Counted from the stretch's first letter, positions 17,231 to 28,091 are shown. The stretch: 64,000 nucleotides of DNA from Dehalococcoidia bacterium (GCA_963664375.1 OY761449.1:1867087-1931086), one strand, 5' to 3'. Notes: a model not told the origin generated them from the sequence alone. Numbers and translations: made by a program.

Positions 17231-19564
17231 ATGACTACACCGGAACAGGCCATTGACACCCAGGGAGCGCTGCGCGGCATTCGCGTCGTTGAATTCGGAC
17301 AGTACATCCCCGGCCCGCTGCTGGGCATGCTGCTCGCCGAGCAGGGCGCCGACGTCATCAAGGTCGAGCGGCCCGGCGGCGACCCCGCCCGTAGCGAACC
17401 AGCCTTCGCCACCTGGAACCGCAGCAAGCGGTCGGTCGAGCTTGACCTGAAATCCGCCAACGGGCTGGAGCAAGCCCAGGAACTCATCAACTGGGCCGAT
17501 GTGCTGATCGAGAACTTCCGGCCCGGCGTCGCCGACCGGCTGGGAATCGGCTACGAGGCTACCCGCACCAACTCCGGCCTGGTCTACTGTTCGCTGCCCG
17601 GTTTCGGGGAGGACAGCCCGCATCGTGGCGAGCGTGGCTGGGAGCACATCGTCGGCGCGGCCACCGGCGCGCACCAGGGCGTGGCGGGAATGGACGAGCC
17701 GTTGTTCCTGCCCCTGCCCTCCGCCAGCAGCTTCGCGGCCATCATCGGCTCCGTGTCGGTGACCATGGCCCTCATCGCCCGCCAGCGCACCGGGCAGGGC
17801 CAGCGCATTGAGGTGCCGCTGCACAGCGCAATGTTCGCCGCCATGGGCCGGTACCTGTCCAAGTTCCACGACATCAATCCTCCAGACCTTTTCACCCTTC
17901 CCCGCAACGTCATGTCCCACCAGTACCAGTGCGCCGACGGCCGCTACGTCCAGAACCACGGCATGTACCAGCGCTTCGCCAGCCAGTTCCTCCAGGCTGC
18001 CGGACGCCCCGAGTGGATCGAGGATCTGGAAGACCTGTACGGCGCGGAGGTCAGCCCGGACACCATAGAGATGTGGCGGGAGCGCGTCGAGAACTTGTTC
18101 AAGGAAAAGACGGCAAAGGAGTGGGAGGACGCCATCGCGGAGACCGGCGGCGCGTGTACCGTGTGCAAGACGGTGGACGAGTGGATGGTGCACGAGCACG
18201 CGCTAGGCGCTGGCATGGTGGTGGAGGTGGACGATGCCGAGCACGGCAGGATGAAGCAGCCCGGGCCGCCCACCCGGCTGCGGGGCACTCCCGGGCCAGT
18301 GCCCCGGCGCGCGCCGACGCTGGGCGAGCACACCGTTTCGGCGCTGGCGGAGATAAGGGCCGCGCCTCCCGGCCAGCGCTTCGAAAGCCATGAGGACATC
18401 CTTTCCGCCTTGCAGGGCGTCCGCGTCCTCGACCTGTGCATCGTGCTGGCCGGCCCCACCTGCGGGCGCACGCTGGGCGAGTTCGGCGCAGACGTCATCA
18501 AGATCGACGACCCCAGCCGCCCCTACGACTACGGCGGCAACCTGGACGTGAACCGCGGCAAGCGCAGCATCCAGATTGACCTCAAGAAAGAGGAAGGGCG
18601 TCAAGTTTTCTGGAAGCTGCTGGAAACCGCCGACGTGGTGGTGGAAAACAACCGCAAGGGCGCAATGGACCGGATGGGCTTGGGATACGAGGAAATCCGC
18701 AAGCGCAAGCCGGACATCGTGTACGCCTCCACCAACGCCTTCGGCTACGACGGCCCCTGGGCCGAGCGCCCCGGCTGGGAGCAGTTGGCGCAGGCTACCT
18801 CCGGCATCCAGGTTCGCCGCGGCGGTCGGGATGACGCCCCGCAGCTTCTACCATATCCCATGAACGACTATGGCACCGGACTGTTGGGAGCGTTCTCCAT
18901 CGCCCTGGCCCTGCACGAGCGCAACCGGACGGGACGGGGGCAGTCGGTCGACGGCGGACTGTCGCTGACGGCCTGCCTGTTGCAGTCGCCCTATTTCCTG
19001 GACTACGAAGGGTATGACCGCAGCGACCCCGAAGGACTGAACGTGCGCGGCCTCTCCGCCATGTCAAGGCTGTACCAGGCCGATGACGGCTGGTTCTACC
19101 TGGAGTGCAACGACGACCGGTCGTGGACCGCGCTCACGGGCTTGCCGGAGCTGTCGCACTTGGCGTCGGATAGTCGTTTCAGCGACTCACAATCCCGCGA
19201 ACGGAACGACGCCGCGCTGTCCGGCGAGCTTGCCGGGGTCTTCGCCCAGGGCACTCGTGGGGGCTGGGTACGAAGTCTGACCGCCGCCGGTGTTAGCGCC
19301 ATGGAGAACCTGGCAGTCCCCGACTACCACGAAGACCCGCATGTCAGGGAGGCCGGTCTGATCGTCAGCCGCGAACACCCCGGCATGGGAATGGCCGATC
19401 ACCTCGGCGTGGTGGCCCGCCTGTCCGGCACCCCGGCCCGGCTGGGACGGCCCACCCCGGTGCTAGGCGCGGAAACGGACGAGATCCTGGCCGAGGCCGG
19501 GTACAGCGCCGCCGAGATTGCGGCCCTCAAGTCCGCCGGGGCCGTGGTCCAGCACGGCGAATAG
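17231..19564 (+). CDS. tandem-duplicated family III (CaiB/BaiF) CoA-transferase, two complete domains in one chain
   Basis: Domain 1 starts LRGIRVVEFGQYIPGPLLGMLLAEQGADVIKVERPGGDP. Domain 2 starts LQGVRVLDLCIVLAGPTCGRTLGEFGADVIKIDDPSRP (about nt 18400). ATG 17231 has an AAGGA RBS; the upstream extension would translate a repeat. Confidence 0.8.
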   Translation: MTTPEQAIDTQGALRGIRVVEFGQYIPGPLLGMLLAEQGADVIKVERPGGDPARSEPAFATWNRSKRSVELDLKSANGLEQAQELINWADVLIENFRPGVADRLGIGYEATRTNSGLVYCSLPGFGEDSPHRGERGWEHIVGAATGAHQGVAGMDEPLFLPLPSASSFAAIIGSVSVTMALIARQRTGQGQRIEVPLHSAMFAAMGRYLSKFHDINPPDLFTLPRNVMSHQYQCADGRYVQNHGMYQRFASQFLQAAGRPEWIEDLEDLYGAEVSPDTIEMWRERVENLFKEKTAKEWEDAIAETGGACTVCKTVDEWMVHEHALGAGMVVEVDDAEHGRMKQPGPPTRLRGTPGPVPRRAPTLGEHTVSALAEIRAAPPGQRFESHEDILSALQGVRVLDLCIVLAGPTCGRTLGEFGADVIKIDDPSRPYDYGGNLDVNRGKRSIQIDLKKEEGRQVFWKLLETADVVVENNRKGAMDRMGLGYEEIRKRKPDIVYASTNAFGYDGPWAERPGWEQLAQATSGIQVRRGGRDDAPQLLPYPMNDYGTGLLGAFSIALALHERNRTGRGQSVDGGLSLTACLLQSPYFLDYEGYDRSDPEGLNVRGLSAMSRLYQADDGWFYLECNDDRSWTALTGLPELSHLASDSRFSDSQSRERNDAALSGELAGVFAQGTRGGWVRSLTAAGVSAMENLAVPDYHEDPHVREAGLIVSREHPGMGMADHLGVVARLSGTPARLGRPTPVLGAETDEILAEAGYSAAEIAALKSAGAVVQHGE

Positions 19565-19643
19565 CCGCGCCTGCTTTCATAAATCGCTAATTCAGACAAT
19601 TGCTATGCAATCGTCCCCTAACCGCTGACAGTGCGTTTTAGTT

Positions 19644-19700
19644 CTCCCTCTCCCTTGAGGGAGAGGCCCTTCGGCAAGCTCAGGAGGGGTGAGTGTGAAA
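19644..19700 (+). repeat. REP-A copy 5, split by a CCCTTCGGCAAGCTCAGGA insert
   Basis: CTCCCTCTCCC-TTGA-GGGAGAGG ... GGGGTGAGTGTGAAA. Confidence 0.7.
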
Positions 19701-19750
19701 TCGCTGGCATTGGCACCATTCGACAAGCTCATGGTGAGCATGTCGAACCA

Positions 19751-19787
19751 CGCCCCCACCCTAACCCTACCTCTGAGGGGGAGGGAA
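19751..19787 (-). repeat. REP-A copy 6
   Basis: The plus strand reads CGCCCCCACCCTAACCCTACCTC-TGA-GGGGGAGGGAA. Confidence 0.85.
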
Positions 19788-19906
19788 CTATTGAAAGGCC
19801 CGAACCTCCGCGCCACAAACTGGCAGCGGTTTGGGCGCCGTGGTACACTAGCGGCATCCGGCGGTGAGAATCGCCCTGGGCAGTTCAGCGCGCATTAGAG
19901 GTTGGC

Positions 19907-22105
19907 ATGCTGCGTATCTACAACACCCTCGCAAAAAGGGTAGAAGAGATCGAGCCCGCAGAGCCGGGCAAGGTGAGCATGTACACCTGCGGGCCGACCG
20001 TTTACCGCGACGCCCACATCGGCAACCTGCGCACCTACATGATGGCCGACTGGATCCGCCGCGCCCTCATGCACCACGGCCTACAGGTGCACCACATCAA
20101 GAACATCACCGACGTGGGCCACATGCGCCAGGAGCTGGTGGAGACCGGCGGCGACAAGATGATCCTCGCCGCCCTGGCCGAGGGCAAGACCGTCCAGGAA
20201 ATCGCCGAGCTGTACGCTGGCCGTTTCCACCGGGATGAAGCGCGCCTGAACATCATGGACGCCCACGTGTTCCCGTGGGCCAGCCAGCACGTCCCCGAAA
20301 TGCTGTCCATCGTCGGCGCGCTGGTAGAGAAGGGCCACGCCTACGAGCGAGGCGGCAACGTCTACTTCGACGTGCCCAGCTTCTCCGACTACGGCAAGCT
20401 CTCCCGCAACACCGGCGTTGACCTGCTGGAGGGTGTCCGCGCCGAGGCCGACCCGATGAAGCGCGACCCCCGTGATTTCACGCTGTGGAAGGCCGCCGAG
20501 CCCGGGCGCGACGTCAAGTGGGACAGCCAGTGGGGCGAGGGATTCCCCGGCTGGCACATCGAGTGCTCCGCCATGGCCTCCAAGTACCTGGGCGAGTTTT
20601 TCGACATCCATACCGGCGGCGTGGACAACATCTTTCCACATCACGAAGATGAAATCGCCCAGAGCGAGGCCGCCTTCGGGCAGCAGCACGTCCGCTACTG
20701 GGTGCATGCCCAGCACCTGCTCGCCGACGGCGCAAAGATGGCGAAGTCGTCCGGCAACGTGTTCCTGGTGGAAGAACTGATCGAGCGCGGTTTTGACCCC
20801 CTCGCATTCCGCTACCTCTGCATGACCGTGCTCTACCGGCACCGCATGAACTTCACCTTCACCTCGCTGAAGGCCGCCGAGAAGGCCCTGACCAACCTGC
20901 GCACCCGCCTCTGGCAGTGGAGCATGGAGCCGGACGGCAACGGTCACACGGCAGAGGCCGATGAGTACCGCAGGCGGTTCTGGGAAGCCGTGGACTCCGA
21001 TCTCAACCTGCCCGGCGCCTTGGCGATAACGTGGGAGATGGTGCGCTCGTCGCTGCCGGGCCGGGCCAAGATGGGCCTGCTGCTGGAATTCGACGAGATG
21101 TTTGGCCTCGATCTCCACAAAGCGCCCGACGCCAACAGCGTGGGTGAGGAAATCGTGGCCTCGCTGCGGGAGCGGGAGGCCCTGAGAGAACGGCAGACCT
21201 GGGAAACCGCCGACTCCCTGCGCGCCCGGCTGTCAGCCAACGGATACGTCGTGGAGGACGCGCCTGATGGTTCACGGGCCAGGCCCAAGACGCCAATGGA
21301 ACAGCGCCTGGAGAAATGGGACTCTGTTTCGGCGTCCCGTGAAGTCCCGTCCCGCCTGGACGAGGAACCTACGCACGACTTCACCTTCATCCTGAATGCC
21401 TACGGCTACCCCGAGGACGTGCGCCGTTGCGTCGACGGCATGCTGCGGCACTCGCAGGGCTACTCCGCGGAAGTGATCGTCGTTGACAGCGGCTCGACCG
21501 ACGGCACCGGCGAAATGCTGGAGGAGATGCAACGGGAGCACGGCAACCTGCGCGTCTTCCACTGCGATCACGTCATCGGCGACGCGGCCAGCAAGAACAT
21601 CGGCATCAAGCAGAGCCTCGGCAGGCACATCATCATCGTGGACGGCTCGGCGGAGATAGTCGGCGACATCCTCGGTGCGGTGAAAGACAAGCTCAGCGAC
21701 CCGTCCGTGGGCATTTTCGGCCCCTACGGCCTGACCACCGACGACATGCAGCACTTCCACGAGGAAGTTGACGAGGGTGAGGCCGACGCCATGCAAGCTT
21801 ACTGCATGTCCTTCCGCCGCGATGCGGTGAATACCGTCGGCCTGATGCGCGAGGTGTTCCGCTTCTATCGCAACCTGGACATCGACTACTGTTTCCAGTT
21901 CAAGGACAAGGGCTACCGGGTCGTGGCCGACTCGTCTCTGCCCATCGTTAGGCACGAGCATCGCCAGTGGACCGAGCTGGACGACAACCAGCGGGACGAA
22001 CTCTCGCGCAAGAACTTCGGCCGCTTCCTGAAGCGCTGGGGCAACCGGCCCGACCTGCTGATTACGGCGGACGCCAGGGGCTTCAGCGGCGGATTCAACC
22101 ACTGA
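19907..22105 (+). CDS. cysS: cysteine--tRNA ligase fused to a C-terminal family 2 glycosyltransferase domain
   Basis: aa 1-480: YTCGPTVYRDAHIGN (HIGH), WHIECSAM, HHEDE zinc/Cys site, KMAKSSGN (KMSKS), then a DALR-like region. From about nt 21374: FTFILNAYGYPEDV..VIVVDSGSTDGT..IIIVDGS, a GT-A/GT2 signature. Confidence 0.8.
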   Translation: MLRIYNTLAKRVEEIEPAEPGKVSMYTCGPTVYRDAHIGNLRTYMMADWIRRALMHHGLQVHHIKNITDVGHMRQELVETGGDKMILAALAEGKTVQEIAELYAGRFHRDEARLNIMDAHVFPWASQHVPEMLSIVGALVEKGHAYERGGNVYFDVPSFSDYGKLSRNTGVDLLEGVRAEADPMKRDPRDFTLWKAAEPGRDVKWDSQWGEGFPGWHIECSAMASKYLGEFFDIHTGGVDNIFPHHEDEIAQSEAAFGQQHVRYWVHAQHLLADGAKMAKSSGNVFLVEELIERGFDPLAFRYLCMTVLYRHRMNFTFTSLKAAEKALTNLRTRLWQWSMEPDGNGHTAEADEYRRRFWEAVDSDLNLPGALAITWEMVRSSLPGRAKMGLLLEFDEMFGLDLHKAPDANSVGEEIVASLREREALRERQTWETADSLRARLSANGYVVEDAPDGSRARPKTPMEQRLEKWDSVSASREVPSRLDEEPTHDFTFILNAYGYPEDVRRCVDGMLRHSQGYSAEVIVVDSGSTDGTGEMLEEMQREHGNLRVFHCDHVIGDAASKNIGIKQSLGRHIIIVDGSAEIVGDILGAVKDKLSDPSVGIFGPYGLTTDDMQHFHEEVDEGEADAMQAYCMSFRRDAVNTVGLMREVFRFYRNLDIDYCFQFKDKGYRVVADSSLPIVRHEHRQWTELDDNQRDELSRKNFGRFLKRWGNRPDLLITADARGFSGGFNH

Positions 22106-22148
22106 ACCAAGCCCCATTGCATTTCCGCCCCTGCATATCCGCTTTGTT

Positions 22149-22183
22149 CCCTCTCCTTATGGGAGAGGGCTAGGGTGAGGGCG
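22149..22183 (+). repeat. REP-A copy 7
   Basis: CCCTCTCC-TTAT-GGGAGAGGG-CTAGGGTGAGGGCG, after the cysS stop. Confidence 0.85.
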
Positions 22184-22195
22184 TCTTTGCCTGAA

Positions 22196-23158
22196 ATGGC
22201 AGACAGATTGCTGGCTGGCGAGCAGCGCGCTCTTTCCCGTGTTATCTCGATGCTGGAACGTGGGGATTCGGCTGCCGTAGACGTTATGCGCCAGGTCGAT
22301 TCCCAAACGGGGCATGCCTACACGCTGGGCATTACCGGGCCGCCGGGCGCAGGCAAGAGCACCATCGTCGACCAGTTGACTCGCCACCTGCGCGGCCAGG
22401 ACAAAAGCGTGGGAATCGTGGCCGTTGATCCCACCAGTCCATTCAGCGGCGGCGCGCTCCTGGGTGACCGCATCAGGATGCAGCGCCACTACCTGGACTC
22501 AGGCGTATTCATCCGCAGCATCGCCACCCGCGGCCAGGCTGGCGGGCTGCCGCGCATCGTCAAGGGCGTTGCCAGGGCGCTGGACGCGGCGGGCTACGAC
22601 GTGGTCATCGTGGAGACCGTGGGCGTGGGCCAGACCGAGCTGGGCATCATGGGCGTCGCCGACACGGTGGCGGTGGCCCTGATCCCGGAGGCTGGCGATT
22701 CCATCCAGGCGTTGAAGGCCGGAATCATGGAGATTGCCGACATCTACGTCGTGAACAAGGCTGACCGCGACGGGGCCGACCAGATGGCGGCCTCCGTTAC
22801 GGCGATGCTCCACATGTCCCTCACTACGCCGGAGTGGGTGCCCCCGGTGATGCTGACCTCGGCCCACACCGGCGGCGGAATCACCGATCTGTGGGAGAAA
22901 CTGGAGGAGCACCGCATTTTCCTGGAGTCCAGCGGCACCCTGGCAAAGCGCCGGGGGGAACACCGGACTCAGGAATTCCTCGAGGTGGTGGAAGAGGAAC
23001 TGGTGCGCCGCCTACGCCGGCTGGTACAGACCGACCCGGCCCTGCTGTCCGTGATGGACCAGGTTGCGTCGAGAGAGGCCGAACCCTACTCGGCAGCCAT
23101 TGAGTTCCTCGGCTCGTCAGACCTGGCCCCCGAATCCCTGTCAGCCGGGGCGCGTTAG
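22196..23158 (+). CDS. meaB: methylmalonyl-CoA mutase-associated GTPase (ArgK/MeaB family)
   Basis: GITGPPGAGKST P-loop, AVDPTSPFSGGALLGDRIRM and VVNKADRD. The GTG at 22175 lies inside REP-A, so ATG 22196 is preferred. Confidence 0.85.
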   Translation: MADRLLAGEQRALSRVISMLERGDSAAVDVMRQVDSQTGHAYTLGITGPPGAGKSTIVDQLTRHLRGQDKSVGIVAVDPTSPFSGGALLGDRIRMQRHYLDSGVFIRSIATRGQAGGLPRIVKGVARALDAAGYDVVIVETVGVGQTELGIMGVADTVAVALIPEAGDSIQALKAGIMEIADIYVVNKADRDGADQMAASVTAMLHMSLTTPEWVPPVMLTSAHTGGGITDLWEKLEEHRIFLESSGTLAKRRGEHRTQEFLEVVEEELVRRLRRLVQTDPALLSVMDQVASREAEPYSAAIEFLGSSDLAPESLSAGAR

Positions 23159-23170
23159 CCGGACATTTCC

Positions 23171-23221
23171 CATCATTCGGGGCAAGCCGGAATGACGGAG
23201 GAATTTGACGACGCTCCCTAG
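23171..23221. mobile_element. MITE-B right-arm fragment
   Basis: ...GCCGGAATGACGGAGGAATTTGACGACGCTCCCTAG fills the convergent meaB/MOSC gap. The terminal CTA is the MOSC stop codon on the minus strand. Confidence 0.6.
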
Positions 23222-24003
23222 CTATCGGGCGAGCGTGGGGGATCGACGACCTCGATAATGTCTCCGACACTCACGGTCCCTGGGTTCTCCACCGCGGCGT
23301 AGACCCCGAAGTACGGCGCGCGGGCCGAGGGGCGGTACGCCAGCAGAAATCGGGGAGTGTCGAAGTCCCGCTGCCCGGTGTCGGGGTTGATCGTGGTGAT
23401 GGCGCACCGGGGGTCGGGAGCCACCATCCTCAGCCGGACATCGGGGCCGATGGCGACCGTCCCGCCCAGCCAGGAATCCTCTTCGTGAGGCGAGCATCCG
23501 TCAAGCAGGAAGTTGGGCCGGAAGCGCCTTGCCTCGAATGGCCGGGCATCCTCGGTCAGTTGGCGCAGCAGGTCAATCGAAGCCTGTGAAAGCATGGAAA
23601 GAGGATATTCGTCGTAGGACAGCCCAGCGTCGTCGGTCTTGACCAGCCTGACCGGGCCGCCGCACAGTTCGGACAGCGCATCGTTCCAGTCGCCCGGCGC
23701 CACCCGGCCGGGTACGGCCCTGCCGAAAATGGCTGTCTGCACCGCTTCCCCTTTTTCCACTGGCGCTATAACCCGCTTTCCGTCCGGGAAAGTCAGGGTC
23801 AATTGCTCCGATAGCGGCGCATAGCTCGCGGTCACCAGCGCCAACTGCGGGCGCTGACGCTGGGTCAGCAAACGGCCGCCGCCGTCGATCAGGTGAAAGC
23901 GGCGGTCTTCGGCGATACCGGCAGGGCCCACGGCCACCGATGTCCGTAGCTCGAGGGCCAGCGATTTGACCGCAGTGGTGTAGATTGCGCTGATGGTGGG
24001 CAT
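23218..24003 (-). CDS. MOSC domain-containing protein
   Basis: MOSC_N beta-barrel plus MOSC pattern (DRRFHLID..., FRPNFLLDG, RCAITTINPDTG with the conserved Cys). Confidence 0.8.
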   Translation of the reverse strand: MPTISAIYTTAVKSLALELRTSVAVGPAGIAEDRRFHLIDGGGRLLTQRQRPQLALVTASYAPLSEQLTLTFPDGKRVIAPVEKGEAVQTAIFGRAVPGRVAPGDWNDALSELCGGPVRLVKTDDAGLSYDEYPLSMLSQASIDLLRQLTEDARPFEARRFRPNFLLDGCSPHEEDSWLGGTVAIGPDVRLRMVAPDPRCAITTINPDTGQRDFDTPRFLLAYRPSARAPYFGVYAAVENPGTVSVGDIIEVVDPPRSPDS

Positions 24004-24032
24004 GAGACCGTCCTGCGGTGCGGCCCGCGGGT

Positions 24033-25391
<1,359 letters not shown>

Positions 25392-25517
25392 TCAGATTTC
25401 TCCTGGCAGTCTTGACCGTATTCTATACGCTATTCACGGGCATGCGGATTTTAAGGCGTGCCGTCAATTCGAGATGACTCGCGTAAAAGCGCTTCTTTTC
25501 CGTCATTCCGGCGGGAG

Positions 25518-25633
25518 TAAGAAACTATCTCAAAACCAGTGATTGTTTTCCCGGCGGCTTGTCCAGGCTACCTTTTCACCCCCACCCTAACCCTCCCTCG
25601 TCAAGGGGGAGGGGATTTTGAGATAGTTTCTAA
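25518..25633. mobile_element. MITE-D copy (116 bp) carrying REP-A copy 8
   Basis: TAA-GAAACTATCTCAAAA ... TTTTGAGATAGTTTC-TAA: 15-bp perfect terminal inverted repeats flanked by TAA on both sides. Confidence 0.7.
25575..25615 (-). repeat. REP-A copy 8 (inside MITE-D copy)
   Basis: TTCACCCCCACCCTAACCCTCCCTCGTCAAGGGGGAGGGGA. Confidence 0.85.
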
Positions 25634-25638
25634 GGGGA

Positions 25639-25675
25639 CACCCTCACCCTAACCCTCTCCCGGAGGGAGAGGGGA
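25639..25675 (-). repeat. REP-A copy 9
   Basis: CACCCTCACCCTAACCCTCTCCC-GGAG-GGAGAGGGGA. Confidence 0.9.
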
Positions 25676-25778
25676 CTTGTAGAACCATTCCCTCAAGGAC
25701 GGCCGCGAGGGTTGGCATTATGCTTGAGTCTCTTATAATTGATATTGAAAATCCTGATCGGCAGGTCTTACTGGCACT

Positions 25779-27152
25779 ATGCCGGGTTCTCGATACATAC
25801 CGTGGCGCTGCCTGAAGCGGCTTTTCCTGCTGTGTTCCGTCCTGGCGTTGCTGCTGGGGATGGCCGGGCCGCTGGTTGGCACTGCTTTCGCGCAGCCGTC
25901 TGCCGGGAGCCACGCCCTGGTAACCAGCGTTGACGGCGTAATCAACCCGGTCAAGAAGCGGTTCATTGAGCGCGCCATCGGCGAAGCCCTGGAAGGCGGC
26001 GCGGTCATTCTCATCATCCGGTTGGACACCCCCGGCGGGCTGCTGACGTCCACCAGGGACATCGTGGAGCTGCTGCTGGACTCGCCCGTACCCACGGCGG
26101 TCTACGTGTCACCGAGCGGAGCGCAGGCCGGTTCCGCAGGCACCTTCATCACCGCCGCCGCCAATTTCGCCGTGATGGCCCCCGGCTCCAACATCGGCGC
26201 AGCCACCCCGGTCTCCGGCACTGGCCGGGACCTGGACGAGACCCTGGCCAGCAAGGTGGAGAACGACGCGGCCGCCCTCATCCGCAGCATCGCCCAGGAA
26301 CGCGGGCGCAACGCCGAGCTGCTGGAGGCCACGGTGCGCGAAGCCGCGTCATACAGCGCCCGGGAGGCCGTGGACGGCAAGGTGGTGGATTTCATCGCCG
26401 AAGACATCGCTGGCCTTTTGGCGCGAATTGACGGCATGACCGCCGACACCGGCGAGGGTCAGTTCGTGATGGAGACCGAGGGAATCGAAGCAAGGGACTT
26501 CGACAAGAGCTTTCTCGAAAACCTGCTCGAATTCCTGTCAAACCCCAACGTGTCGTTCCTGCTGTTCACCCTGGGCGGTCTCGGAATCATCATCGAGCTG
26601 TTCAACCCCGGCCTGCTGGTGCCAGTGATTGTCGGCGTCATCTGCCTGATTCTCGCCTTCGTCGGCGTGGGCAACCTGCCCGTCAACTGGGCTGGTGTTG
26701 CCCTCATCCTGCTGGCCATCGTTCTAGGCGCTGCCGAGGTCGCCGTTGCCGGATTCGGCATCCTGGGCGTGGCCTCGGTGGTGAGCCTGATCATCGGCGG
26801 GCTGCTGCTGTTCGCCCAGTTCGGCGAGTCGTCGCCGACACTGCCCTACATCGGCGTGAACCGCTGGCTGCTTGTGGCCGTATCCGTGGCGTCCGGGGCC
26901 ACCGTGATATACTTGGCGCGGCAGGCCGTGAAGTCCCGGCGCGAGCGCCCCGAGGAGGCGACGTCGGCCATCGTAGGGCAGACCGGCTCCGTGACCATGG
27001 CCATGGAACCCAGGGGAGCGGTTCGCGTAGCCAGCGACACCTGGTCCGCCGTGAGCGCCGACGGCAGCTACATAGGTGCCGGTGAACAAATCAGGGTCGT
27101 ATCGGTCGATGGCCTGGTGCTCGTCGTGACCAGGCACGATCCAAGCGGATGA
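25779..27152 (+). CDS. NfeD-family membrane-bound ClpP-class serine protease
   Basis: Signal peptide, ClpP-like domain (IIRLDTPGGLL, GSAGTFI), several TM helices and a C-terminal NfeD OB domain. Upstream of an SPFH gene, as in known NfeD-stomatin operons. Confidence 0.8.
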   Translation: MPGSRYIPWRCLKRLFLLCSVLALLLGMAGPLVGTAFAQPSAGSHALVTSVDGVINPVKKRFIERAIGEALEGGAVILIIRLDTPGGLLTSTRDIVELLLDSPVPTAVYVSPSGAQAGSAGTFITAAANFAVMAPGSNIGAATPVSGTGRDLDETLASKVENDAAALIRSIAQERGRNAELLEATVREAASYSAREAVDGKVVDFIAEDIAGLLARIDGMTADTGEGQFVMETEGIEARDFDKSFLENLLEFLSNPNVSFLLFTLGGLGIIIELFNPGLLVPVIVGVICLILAFVGVGNLPVNWAGVALILLAIVLGAAEVAVAGFGILGVASVVSLIIGGLLLFAQFGESSPTLPYIGVNRWLLVAVSVASGATVIYLARQAVKSRRERPEEATSAIVGQTGSVTMAMEPRGAVRVASDTWSAVSADGSYIGAGEQIRVVSVDGLVLVVTRHDPSG

Positions 27153-27203
27153 CGGGTACGTACTACAGGCGCCAGAATTCTTGAAAGTCCCAAGGAGGCC
27201 AAC

Positions 27204-28073
27204 ATGGCTGCGGGCCTGATTATGGTGCAACAGTATCAGAGAATGGTGATCCAGCGATTCGGCACGTACACTGGCACCAAGACTTCCGGGCTGCATTTCC
27301 TGATTCCCTTCGTCTACCACGGCACCAAGGTTGACCTGCGGGAGCGGGTGGCCCGCGTTCCCACGCAGAAGTACATCACTGCGGACAACGTGGTGGTGGA
27401 CATGGACTTCGTCATCTACTACCGCGTGATGGAAACCATGGCCGACCGCGCCGTGCTGGAGGTGCAGAATTTCGAGCTGGCCGTGGTCAACCTGGCCTTC
27501 GCCACGCTGCGCGCGGTCATTGGCGCAACGACGCTGGCCGAGGCCCTGGCCGAGCGGGAACGCATCCGCGACGCCCTGCAAGTGCGCATGGACGAGGTCA
27601 CCGAGCGCTGGGGCGTCAAGGTCTCGCAGGTCGAAATCAACGAGATCGACCCTCCACCCGGCGTCAAGGCCGCCATGGAACGGGAAAAGTCGGCGGAGGC
27701 CATCAAGACCGCCGAGATCACCGAGTCCGAGGGCGCCCGGCAGTCCCAGATCAACCGCGCCGAGGGCGAAAAGCAGTCGGCTATCCTGAAAGCCGAGGGC
27801 GAGCGGCAATCGGAAATCCTGAAAGCCGAGGGCGAGCAGCAGGCCGCCGTCCTGCGCGCCATGGGGTTCAGCGAGGCACTGCAACGCATCAACGCGGTTG
27901 CCGGGGAAGCCGACGGGCGCACCATGAGCCTCCAGTACTTCGACACGCTCAAGCAGTTGGGGGACTCGCCGTCCACCAAGTGGATTTTCCCAATGGAGTT
28001 CACCTCCATGCTCGGCAACTTCATGTCCATGGGCGGCAGCGGCAATAACGACCGCCAGAACGGCTCCGGCTAA
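27204..28073 (+). CDS. SPFH/band 7 (stomatin-like) protein
   Basis: Band 7 core (YRVMETMADRAVLEVQNFELA...RWGVKVSQVEINEIDPP) followed by an EAxK-rich coiled coil. Confidence 0.85.
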   Translation: MAAGLIMVQQYQRMVIQRFGTYTGTKTSGLHFLIPFVYHGTKVDLRERVARVPTQKYITADNVVVDMDFVIYYRVMETMADRAVLEVQNFELAVVNLAFATLRAVIGATTLAEALAERERIRDALQVRMDEVTERWGVKVSQVEINEIDPPPGVKAAMEREKSAEAIKTAEITESEGARQSQINRAEGEKQSAILKAEGERQSEILKAEGEQQAAVLRAMGFSEALQRINAVAGEADGRTMSLQYFDTLKQLGDSPSTKWIFPMEFTSMLGNFMSMGGSGNNDRQNGSG

Positions 28074-28091
28074 ACGTGTTTAGAGAGGGTA

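Noticed and set aside
19565-19906. T-box or other leader RNA upstream of cysS
   Set aside because: The region consists of REP-A copies 5 and 6 plus a TTCGACAAGCTC/GAGCATGTCGAA palindrome of repeat type. No specifier-loop or T-box sequence was recognised.
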